A DNA stretch of 64,000 nucleotides, taken from positions 17,484,001-17,548,000 of the forward strand of contig OZ024763.1 in NCBI GenBank assembly GCA_964016885.1. Direction: 5' to 3'. The number at the start of each line of letters is the position of its first letter. The stretch's first letter is position 1. This DNA is from Eledone cirrhosa (lineage: Eukaryota). The position numbers and the translations under genes are program-made. The notes under the pieces are model-generated. The model was not told the origin of the DNA. It did no database searches and saw only the letters and a list, made by a program, of their open reading frames with translations. Of the stretch, positions 53,358 to 64,000 are shown piece by piece.

Positions 53358-53704
53358 ATGGAGGCACATGGCTTAATGGTTAGAGCATTGGCCTTGCAAT
53401 CGAAAGGTCGTGAGTTCAATCCTCAGACCGGGTGATGTGTTGTTTCCTTGAGCAAGACACTTTATTTCACATTGCTCCAGTTTACTCAGCTGTAGAAATG
53501 AGATGATAGGGACTGGGGTCCCTATCATTCCACTGCAAAGTGGTCGTGGAGGTGCCACGGCAAAAAAGCACCCAGCACTCACTGTAAATGAGGTTGGTGT
53601 TAGGAAGGGCATCCAGCTGTAGCAATCAAGCCAAAATCAGTTCCCGTCCCACCCTTGCAAGCAGGGAAAAGGTGGATGTAAAATGAAATGATGATGATGA
53701 TGAT
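53358..53704 (+). mobile_element. SINE-1
   Basis: Full-length copy. Confidence 0.9.
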
Positions 53705-55147
53705 ATATATTTATATAAAAACCCATAGAGCAAATATATATATACCGTATTTTTCGGCATATGACACAATATTAAAGGGTTAAGACAGTGCCCCAGCGTG
53801 GCCACAGCCTAATACACTCAATGAAGCCGGTAATAAAGAATATAAAGGAATATATATAGATTGTGAAAGAGTGTTTATATAGGCAACTCTCAGATTTCTC
53901 TGTCTTTTATCTCAGGATAATGGTAGTGTGCCATCAACAACGACCATATTGATTAATCTATAATTTATAGATGTCCGTAATATCCTTTTAAAATTTGATT
54001 TATTTCCCTAACCCCCTCCACCCTCAGCCAACCCCCTCCCATCAGCCTCATCAACCTCCTCCTCCTTCTTACTCTTTACCTCCCAATTTCTCCCATCCCC
54101 CTTTCTCCCATTTCCTCCCCCATCCGCTTTATTTCTCCTCGTCTTCTTTTTTTTCCTCTTTTCATCTCTTTTCCTCCCCCCCCCTCTCTTTTCTCCTCCC
54201 TCTTCTTTCTTTCTTCCCCCTCTTCGTCATTTATCCCCGCCCCCACTGTTTCTACCCTTGCCCCCTCCACCATATTTCTGCTCCTCCTTTCATTTTCTCT
54301 CGTCTTCTCCCCCCCCTCACCCCCCTCTTCGTCCAATTTTTTTCTTTTCCTCTCCCTCTTCATGAAAAAAAGAAAGGAAGGAAAAGAATAATATTCCTCT
54401 AAAGTACAAATCATATGCACACATACATACACATACACACTCACACACACACACACACATATACATACACACACACACACACATATACATACACATACAC
54501 ACACACATACATACACATACACACTCACACACACACATATACATACACACACACACACACATATACATACACATACACACTCACACACATACATACACAT
54601 ACACACTCACACACACATACATACACACTCACATACATACACATACACACTCACACATACATACATATAAATACACACTCACACACACACGCATACATAC
54701 ACACTCACACATGCATACACATACACACTCACACACACATACATACATATATACACACTCACACACACATACACACATACATACACACTCACACATACAT
54801 ACATACACACTCACACATACATACACATACACATACACACATTTACATACATACACACTCACACACACATACACACACACATACATACACACATACACAC
54901 TCACACATACATACACACATACACACTCACACATACATACACATACACACTCACACATACATACACATACACACACATACACATGCACACACAGTCTCAA
55001 ATTAAAATTGCAACACACAAGACTTTGACAGGGGTGTAGATGAAGGAATCTCTCTCTCCCTCACTCACTCTCTCTATATATATATATACATATATATATT
55101 TCTATATACATACATATATATATATAAATATTTATACATACATATAT

Positions 55148-55234
55148 ATATTGGGTTGTCAAGTATTAAATTTGTAGAAATTTGTTTTTTTTTTCTTCAA
55201 ATTTCTACAAATTTCATACTTGACAACCCAATAT
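55148..55234. repeat. 37-bp-arm palindrome
   Basis: atattgggttgtcaagtattaaatttgtagaaatttg / caaatttctacaaatttcatacttgacaacccaatat. Confidence 0.85.
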
Positions 55235-55449
55235 CATCTTCATCATCATCATCAATATAATATATATATATATATATATATTCTCGGGTCACAAGTAATT
55301 GGGGGGCTGGAATAAGCAGGGAGGGTTGGACATTTGCTTAAATTCTTATAAATTGGGTGTAGGGGTGGGGGGGGGGGAATTGTATAGTGTACATTCGTAA
55401 ATATGGAATTTCTTGATTTCTTGCAATGCTCTTTTTTTTTGTCATATAT

Positions 55450-55622
55450 AATTGTTTCTACTTTAGGCACAAGGCCAGCAATTACCCAGTACATTACTGG
55501 TACTTTATTTTATCGACCCCGTAAGGATGAAAGGCAAAGTTAACCTCGGCGGGATTTGAACTCAGAATGGCAAGGGCCGTAACTCTATGCGTCAAAGCAT
55601 GGCGTCCGACCCTCTGCCGATA
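55450..55622 (-). mobile_element. SINE-2
   Basis: Homology. Confidence 0.85.
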
Positions 55623-55683
55623 TGTTTGTTGGTTTTTTTAATGTAAACATTTTTTTAATTCTCCAACTGCTGTATCAATATGA

Positions 55684-55890
55684 ATCATCATCATCATCAT
55701 CATCATCATCATTTTACGACCGTTTTTCTCTGCTTGTAAAGGTTGGACGGGTCCTATTCAGCACAGCATCTCTCCACTTGTCACGGTCCTTCGTCATCTC
55801 TTCCGTGAGCCTCAGCAATCTAAGGTCTGCTCTCACCACCTCCGCCCAGGTTTTACGTGGTCTACCCCTACTGCATCTTCCTTCTACAAT
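55684..55890 (-). mobile_element. RTE LINE 3' fragment
   Basis: Homology to 42997-43200. Confidence 0.8.
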
Positions 55891-56342
55891 AACATTTCAC
55901 ATGAGATAGATTAGCAAAATGTAATAAGTTGGGTGGGGGCGATGGTGGTGGTGGCGGGGGGGGATCTGAAAAATGAATAAGCAGGGGGGATGGAACAATT
56001 ATTCAAGACCTCAGAGTATATATATGAAGTTAGGAAGGGCATCCAGCCGTAGAAAATCAGCCGAATGATGAACCCAATATGAACCTATATGAACGAGACA
56101 CGGTCACCCGACCCAACTTGCCTCTAAATGGGACAAACCTGTCTAACCCATGCTAACGAGGAAGATGGATGTTAAGCGATGATGGTGATGATATATATTC
56201 AATATGCTTCTCCTTAATTGTTGAGTTGAGTTGATAAATGGGTATAATGGGTGTTATTTCTAGCATCACTGCAATCCTGTCATATAGTCCTGATATATAC
56301 ATTTATTTGGGAGTCGATTAACACACATTATTCAATACACAA

Positions 56343-56728
56343 GGGCGGTAGATTGGCAGTATCGGTGGAGGGTCGGACGCCATGCTTTCCAGCATAGTTA
56401 CGTCCCTTTACGATCTGAGTTCAAATCCCGCCGAGGTTGACTTTACCGTTCATCCTTACGGGGTCGATAAAATAAAGTACCAGTAATGCACTGGGTAATT
56501 TGCTGGCCTTGTGCCTAAAGTAGAAACAATTATCAAAGGGCGGTGGATTGGCAGTATCGGTAGAGGGTCGGACGCCATGCTTTCCAGCATAGTTACGTCC
56601 CTTTACGATCTGAGTTCAAATCCCGCCGAGGTTGACTTTACCTTTCATCCTTACGGGGTCGATAAAATAAAGTACCAGTAATGCACTGGGTATTTGCTGG
56701 CCTTGTGCCTAAAGTAGAAACAATTATT
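56343..56728 (+). mobile_element. Two tandem full-length SINE-2 copies
   Basis: A box TGGCAGTATCGG, B box GAGTTCAAATCC; flanking direct repeat attattcaatacac. Confidence 0.9.
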
Positions 56729-56800
56729 CAATACACCAAACTGTTTGATAATGACAAGGTCTGTATACTATCTATAGAATATTTATCTATAACCAAAGAA

Positions 56801-56893
56801 TCTCTCTGATGAAGGAATGTCTTCCAATATTGGTTGTCTTAATTTTGGGGATAATTATTATTGTTTCTTAATTCCTGAAACTGCAGTTAGGGA
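56801..56893 (+). ncRNA. Type I hammerhead motif with canonical core
   Basis: tctct-CTGATGA-AGGAAT..ATTCCT-GAAACTGCAGTT-aggga. Confidence 0.75.
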
Positions 56894-57052
56894 GATGATA
56901 CAAGCAAAACTAATATTGGTTTGTCGAGCTTGTATTCCATGCAATGGATGTTTTGACATTAGATAAACTATGTTATATATATATATATGTATGTATATAT
57001 AACGACGATGAATTTGTAGGCATACAATACAACAGGAGGAACATAATAGTGC

Positions 57053-57090
57053 CATTGATGATGTTGCAGATGTGCAACGAAAGTACTTTG
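57053..57090 (+). ncRNA. Hammerhead-like motif (C3U)
   Basis: ca-TTGATGA-t-GTTGCAgatgTGCAAC-GAAAGTACTT-tg. Confidence 0.6.
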
Positions 57091-57398
57091 TTAGACTATA
57101 TATATGTGTTTATATCTATATTATATCTGTATATTTGTGACCGTTGGTCAGTCAATGATAAACATTGATGACCAAATGAATTAACTATGGAGATATAAAA
57201 GATACAGAAGCGAAAACCGACCAAACAGTGAGTTATATAAAACAAAGGTGGCAAATTGACAGAGTCGTTAAGACGTCAGATAGAATGCTTTATGGTATTC
57301 ATCCCACCTGATTGCACGCTCTGAGTTCAAATCTGGGTGGGTGTTTATATATTTTTTCTCAATTTTTTCTTTTTTTCCAATCCTCTTCTCTCAATCTA

Positions 57399-57434
57399 TC
57401 TTCTGATGAAGGACTATTGTCTGAAACGTTAAGA
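57399..57434 (+). ncRNA. Minimal hammerhead motif, copy of 16823
   Basis: TCTT-CTGATGA-a-GGACtattGTCT-GAAACGTT-AAGA. Confidence 0.7.
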
Positions 57435-57547
57435 CTCTTTTCCTATTATTTCAAACATTAAACTAATATATTTCTTCATTGTACTGTGCTCTTTGCTTTG
57501 TTATTTCTGTTAACTTTTTACATACATACTTATATATTAATACATAT

Positions 57548-57749
57548 AATGAAGGAAATGTGGTAAGGAACCAGGTGGACCACAACGCACCAAAGTACTC
57601 AATACTTAGGGTAGTAGAGTGGGTAATAGGAATGAGTAGGACCTCGACGGCTGAGCTCAAGCTGTTTCGACGGCTAATTCTGTCGGCTAATTTAGTCCAG
57701 AATTAGCCATCGAAACGGCTTGAGCTCAGCCGTCGGGGTCCTACTCATT

Positions 57750-57755
<6 letters not shown>
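57548..57755. repeat. Palindromic repeat, same family as 47481
   Basis: Arms 57626-57681 and 57698-57753. Confidence 0.8.
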
Positions 57756-57782
<27 letters not shown>

Positions 57783-57786
<4 letters not shown>

Positions 57787-58018
57787 AGGCACATGGCTTA
57801 GTGGTTAGAGCATTGGCCTTGCAATCAAAAGGTTGTAAGTTCAATTTGCAGTGGAATGATAGGGATCCCAGTCCCTATCATCTCATTTCTACAGCTGAGT
57901 AAACTGGAGCAATGTGAAATAAAGTGTCTTGCTCAAAGAATCAACACATCACCCGGTCTGAGAATTGAACGCACAACCTTTCGATTGCAAGCCCAATGCT
58001 CTAACCACTAAGCCATGT
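57783..58018. mobile_element. Rearranged SINE-1: forward head fused to an inverted 5' half
   Basis: 57783-57846 plus, 57847-58018 minus. Confidence 0.8.
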
Positions 58019-58046
58019 ATGTTTTTTGAAACAGTGAGTGAGTTTG

Positions 58047-58245
58047 AAATTAGAAATAGAAGCTTTGGCCGTATTTTTTTGATTAAGGAAATTTTAGCCT
58101 GATAGTGGGGTTTAGAATCCTCCAAGGAATGGAAAGAGTACATGTATGTCAATACTCATTCCATTCCTTGGAGGATTCTAAACCCCACTATCAGGCTAAA
58201 ATTTCTTTCGTCAAAAAAATACGGCCAAAGCTTCTATTTCTAATT
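58047..58245. repeat. ~93-bp-arm palindrome
   Basis: Arms 58047-58140 and 58153-58245. Confidence 0.85.
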
Positions 58246-58338
58246 ATATATACATATATGTATGTATGTATATATGCAAAAGGCAAACAAAAATAACAAA
58301 GCAAACAACACATATATTTAAATATCTATGTGTGTGCA

Positions 58339-58378
<40 letters not shown>

Positions 58379-58878
58379 CACAGACACATAGATATATAAA
58401 TGTGTAGTTTGCTTTGTTATTTATGTATTTATGTATGTATACATGTGCATATATATATATACACACACACACGTGTGTGTGTGTGTATTTTGTAGTACTA
58501 ACTATTAGATAAAAGACTACATCAAGTTGACATGAGGTTAATATTAACTGCAGACCGTTTGCTATGAAATGGCTCAGCAAATTTCTTGTTTTTTCTCTCC
58601 TCCAGTTTAAAGATTAAACTGCAATAAATATATAAATATAAGGAGAAAAATGGAGGGGGGGATATATTTAAATAAACGAAATATATATAAAAAAAAGATG
58701 CCTCATATACCGCCATCTTTTATTTATGTTTATATTTTTTTATATTTTTGTTTGTTTTTTGTTGCTGTTTTGTGTCATGTGATTGTTTTTTTCTATTGTT
58801 TTTTTGTTTTTTTTACTTTATAATATTTTAAAAATGTATTCTGTTTTAATTTGAATTTTAACTAGTTACTTGCTTAAA

Positions 58879-60632
58879 GGTGGTGGTGTGGTGGTGGTGG
58901 TGGTGGTGACAGTTGTGAGAGTGGTGGTGGTGACAGTTGTGAGAGTGGTGGTGGTGGTGGTGATGGTTGTGAGAGTGGTGGTGACGGTTGTGAGAGTGGT
59001 GGTGGTGGTGGTGACGGTTGTGAGAGTGGTGGTGGTAGAGGTGGTGACAGTTGTGAGGGTGGTGGTGACAGTTGTGAGAGTGGTGGTGGTGGTGACAGTT
59101 GTGAGAGTGGTGGTGGTGGTGGTGACAGTTGTGAGAGTGGTGGTGGTGATGGTTGTGAGAGTGGTGGTGACGGTTGTGAGAGTGGTGGTGGTGGAGGTGG
59201 TGACAGTTGTGAGGGTGGTGGTGACAGTTGTGAGAGTGGTGGTGGTGGTGGTGACAGTTGTGAGAGTGGTGGTGGTGGTGGTGACAGTTGTGAGAGTGGT
59301 GGTGGTGGTGGTGATGGTTGTGAGAGTGGTGGTGGTGGTGGTGGTGGTGACAGTTGTGAGAGTGGTGGTGGTGGTGACGGTTGTGAGAGTGGTGGTGGTG
59401 GTGGTGACAGTTGTGAGAGTGGTGGTGGTGGTGGTTACGGTTGTGAGAGTGGTGGTGGTGGTGACAGTTGTGAGAGTGGTGGTGGTGGTGGTGGTGACAG
59501 TTGTGAGAGTGGTGGTGGTGGTGACAGTTGTGAGAGTGGTGGTGGTGGTGGTTACGGTTGTGATAGTGGTGGTGGTGACGGTTGTGAGGGTGGTGGTGGC
59601 GGTTGTGAGAGTGGTGGTGGTGGTGGTGGTGGTGATGGTTGTGAGAGTGGTGGTGGTGGTGGTGACAGTTGTGAGAGTGGTGGTGGTGGTGGTGACGGTT
59701 GTGAGAGTGGTGGTGGTGGTGACAGTTGTGAGAGTGGTGGTGGTGGTGGTGACAGTTGTGAGAGTGGTGGTGGTGGTGGTTACGGTTGTGAGAGTGGTGG
59801 TGACAGTTGTGAGAGTGGTGGTGGTGGTGGTGGTGACGGTTGTGAGAGTGGTGGTGGTGGTGACAGTTGTGAGAGTGATGGTGGTGGTGGTGACGGTTGT
59901 GAGAGTGGTGGTGGTGGTGGTGGTGACGGTTGTGAGGGTGGTGGTGGCGGTTGTGAGAGTGGTGGTGATGGTTGTGAGAGTGGTGGTGGTGGTGGTGGTG
60001 ACAGTTGTGAGAGTGGTGGTGGTGGTGGCAGTTGTGAGAGTGGTGGTGGTGACAGTTGTGAGAGTGGTGGTGGTGGTGACAGTTGTGAGAGTGGTGGTGG
60101 TGGTGGTTACGGTTGTGAGAGTGGTGGTGGTGGAGGTGGTGACAGTTGTGAGAGTGGTGGTGGTGGTGACGGTTGTGAGAGTGGTGGTGGTGGTGGTGAC
60201 GGTTGTGAGAGTGGTGGTGGTGGTGGTAACGGTTGTGAGAGTGGTGGTGGTGACAGTTGTGAGAGTGGTGGTGGTGGTGGTGGTGACAGTTGTGAGAGTG
60301 GTGGTGGTGGTGACAGTTGTGAGAGTGGTGGTGGTGGTGGTGGTGGTGACAGTTGTGAGAGTGGTGGTGGTGGTGGTGGTGGTGGTGGTGACAGTTGTGA
60401 GAGTGGTGGTGGTGGTGGTGGTGGTGACAGTTGTGAGAGTGGTGGTGGTGGTGGTGGTGGTGACAGTTGTGAGAGTGGTGGTCGTTGTCGTGGTGACAGT
60501 TGTGAGAGTGGTGGTGGTGACAGTTGTGAGAGTGGTGGTAAAGGTAGCAGTGTTGGTGGTGGTGATGGTGGTGGTAAAGGTAGCAGTGTTGGTGGTGATG
60601 GTGGTGGTAAAGGTAGCAGTGTTGGTGGTGGT
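58879..60632. repeat. (GTG)n-acagttgtgaga variable minisatellite
   Basis: Direct reading; gives the spurious 588-aa poly-V ORF. Confidence 0.95.
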
Positions 60633-60807
60633 ATGATTCTACCTGGGGTTTGTGTTAAACAGGAGGAGCAGATGAAAGTGGAGGTGGTCAATAAATCTAT
60701 TTTTTAACATTTTTGAACTCCATTTTTTCAATGAAAAAACCCCCAGAAATTTATTCAAATATTTTCTCCATATTTTTCTTGCCGCACCAGCAAGGGTTTG
60801 ATCTGTT

Positions 60808-61201
60808 TCATCACCATCACCATCATCACCATCATCATCACCATTACCATCACCATCACCATCATCATCACCATAATCATCATCATTGTCACCATCATCA
60901 CCATCATCACCATCATCAGCAGCAACATCTTGATCTTCATCATCATCACCATCATCATCACCATCATCATCATCACCATTATTACCATCATCATCACCAT
61001 CATCATCATCATCACCATTATTACCATCATCATCATCGCCATTATTACCATCATCTTCATCATCATTATCATTGTCACCGCCATCATCATCATCACAATC
61101 ATCATCATCATCATCACAATCATCATCACTATCATCATCACCATCAGTAGCATCATCATCAACATTATCATCACCACCACCACCATCATCAGCATCATCA
61201 T
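60808..61201. repeat. (CAT)n/(CAC)n
   Basis: Direct reading. Confidence 0.95.
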
Positions 61202-61559
61202 TAGCAGGTCACAGGGTGTCGACAGAGAGAGAGGGGCGGGGATGGGTGAGAAAGAAATATATAGAGGAAGAATAAACCCCAGTATTTAACTGGTACCTTA
61301 TTTTATTGACCCTCAGTAAGATGGAAGACAAAGTTGACCTCAGTGGGATTTCAACTCAGAATGTAAAGAACCAGACATAAATAGCACAATGGTATTTTAT
61401 CTGGCGCTCTACCAATTCGTCCAATCCACCGTCCTACATTAACTATAAGAATATTGATTTCTAATTTAGGCAGAGGGCTGCCAACACATTTTGGAGAAGA
61501 AGGGTTCTGTTGATTAAATAAACCCTAGTACATTGCTGGTACCTTATTTTATAGAACCC

Positions 61560-62290
61560 AGAAGGATGAATAGCAAAGTTGACCTCGGTGGGATTTGAAC
61601 TCAACGTAAAGGGACATAACCTACTGATGCTCTACCAATTCTACCAACCTACTACCCGACTTTAAATGAATATTAAATACCTATATGTCTTACTTGTAGT
61701 CCCTCCTAACCCCTCCCCCTGCACTCACACCCTTCCCACACACACACACAGGCACTAGTTTCACTGGTATCTTATTTTAATGACCCTTAGAAGGATGAAC
61801 GGCAAAGTTGACCTCGGTGGGATTTGAACTCAACGTAAAGGGACATAACCTACTGATGCTCTACCAATTCTACCAACCTACTACCCGACTTTAAATGAAT
61901 ATTAAATACCTATATGTCTTACTTGTAGTCCCTCCTAACCCCTCCCCCTGCACTCACACCCTTCCCACACACACACACAGGCACTAGTTTCACTGGTATC
62001 TTATTTTAATGACCCTTAGAAGGATGAACGGCAAAGTTGACCTCGGTGGGATTTGAACTCAACGTAAAGGGACATAACCTACTGATGCTCTACCAATTCT
62101 ACCAACCTACTACCCGACTTTAAATGAATATTAAATACCTATATGTCTTACTTGTAGTCCCTCCTAACCCCTCCCCCTGCACTCCCCCCCCCCCCACACA
62201 CACAGGCATTAGTTTCACTGGTATCTTATTTTAATGACCCTTAGAAGGATGTAAGGCAAAGTTGACCTCATTAGGATTTAAACTCTGACC
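61560..62290 (-). repeat. Three near-identical 229-bp tandem units, each containing a SINE-2 relic
   Basis: gacctcggtgggatttgaactc at 61581, 61810, 62039. Confidence 0.85.
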
Positions 62291-62357
62291 ATAAAGAACC
62301 AAAACATATACCACCATAGCACTACCAATTCTGCCAATCTGCTACCTTACTTCAACA

Positions 62358-63133
62358 CTTTAGCATTTAAACCGGCCTCTTACTATGCAAACTGGCTGTA
62401 ACTGGCCACTCATACTGATGTTATGGTATTGTTCTTAAAATAAATAATATCAAATCTCATAGATTTGATATTATGTGAGGTAAAGCCTTTACCATAACAA
62501 TACAATAGTATATATAGAGTAATGTAAATGTTAAAGGCTTAAACCGGCCATATCCGGCCAGAATTCTCTCACCTCTTTCTCTTCAAACTGGCTGTAACTG
62601 GTCACTCATACTGATGTTAAGGTATTGTTCTTAAAATAAATAATATCAAAATCTCATAGATTCGATATTATGTGAGATAATTATGTAAGGTAAAGTTTTT
62701 ACTATGAAAATTCAATATTATATATAGAGTAATCATCATCATTTTACGTCCGCTTTTCCTTGCTTGCACGGGTGGGACGGGAACTGATTCTGGCTTGATT
62801 TCTACAGCTGGATGCCCTTCCTAACACCAACCTCATTTACAATGAGTGCTGGGTGCTTTTCTCCTGTGGCGCCTACACGGCCACTTTACAGTGAGTGCTG
62901 GGTGCTTTTTTGCCGTGGCACCTCCACGACCACTTTGCAGTGGAATGATATGGACCCCAGCCCCTATCATCTCATTTCTACAGCTGAGTAAACTGGAGCA
63001 ATGTGAAATAAAGTGTCTTGCTCAAGGAAACAACACATCACCCGGTCTGAGAAGTGAACTCACAACCTTTCGATTGCAAGGCCAATGCACTAACCACTAA
63101 GCCATGTGCCTAATGTAAATGCTAAAGGGTTAA
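62358..63133 (+). mobile_element. piggyBac-like MITE pair interrupted by a SINE-1 (62733-63110, minus)
   Basis: MITE resumes as taatgtaaatgctaaagggTTAA after the SINE. Confidence 0.8.
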
Positions 63134-63786
63134 ATGAATATTAAATACCTATAAGAATTACTTTGAGTCCCTTCCCCTGCCGTCTGCTCCCATACACACT
63201 TAATAGTTTGACTGGTACTTTATTTTATCAACCCTTTGAAAGTTGAAAGACAAAATTGACCACAAAATGTAGAGAGCCGCGACAAATACCAAAATATCAT
63301 TTTATCTGAGTCTCTAACAATTCTACCAACCTACTACCTGACTTTAAATGAATATTAAATACCTATATGTTTTACTGGTGAGTCCCCGCCCCTGCTGCCA
63401 GCCCTCCCACACACTGAAGAGCTTCTCTGGTATTTTATTTTAATGACCCTTAGAAAAATGTAAGACAATGTTGACCCCGAGCAGGATTTGAACTCTGACG
63501 CTCTACCAGTTCTGCCAACCTACTACCCTACTTTAAATGAATATTAAATTAATATATATATATGTCTTAATTACGAGTCCCCTCCCCAATCACCCCCCCC
63601 CCCCTACTTACACCCCTCCCCCATCGTACACTTAATAGCTTTTTATTCGAATTCAAGTTCTAATTTCATAAATGAGGTACCGTTGGTATTATAATTACAA
63701 ACTAAAACCAACTCTTAAGGCCAGAATAATGACAACAATAATAAACTACTACTACTACTACTAACAACAACAACGACAACAACAAC

Positions 63787-63828
<42 letters not shown>

Positions 63829-64000
63829 CAATAAAAAATATTAAATAAATAAAATGTATATGTAGAGTGTATAATTTACTGTGGATATTTTAGTTTAGGT
63901 TTCCTTGAGGTCAGAGGTCATTTTACTTTATAATTTGCCGGCATTGTCAATTTTAAAACTTCTTCGTTGCATATAAATAAGTCTTGATAATGCAAATTGT

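Noticed and set aside
58870-60636. 588-aa Val-rich ORF and all YI/CV/poly-H/poly-L ORFs
   Set aside because: Translations of micro- and minisatellites

Overview
Repeat-dominated, AT-rich animal genomic DNA. The SINE families and extreme microsatellite load suggest a cephalopod such as octopus (inference). No intact host gene is recognisable, and almost all listed ORFs are microsatellite translations. The window holds: (i) two tRNA-headed SINE families, one sharing its 3' tail with RTE LINE fragments in the same window; (ii) RTE, CR1 and Tx1/L1-like LINE fragments, a Penelope-like (Naiad-type) GIY-YIG fragment, a frameshifted Helentron-type Rep, non-autonomous Helitrons, and piggyBac-, mariner- and pogo-like MITEs; (iii) several tandem arrays born inside transposons. 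The least obvious signal is about 20 minimal type I hammerhead-ribozyme-like motifs (stem I-CUGANGA-stem II-GAAA-palindromic stem III-NUH-stem I') from roughly ten unrelated sequence families. Most lie in or beside long inverted repeats next to (TA)n tracts, consistent with many Penelope-like pseudo-LTR remnants. Motifs and pairings were read by eye; coordinates of degraded repeats are approximate.
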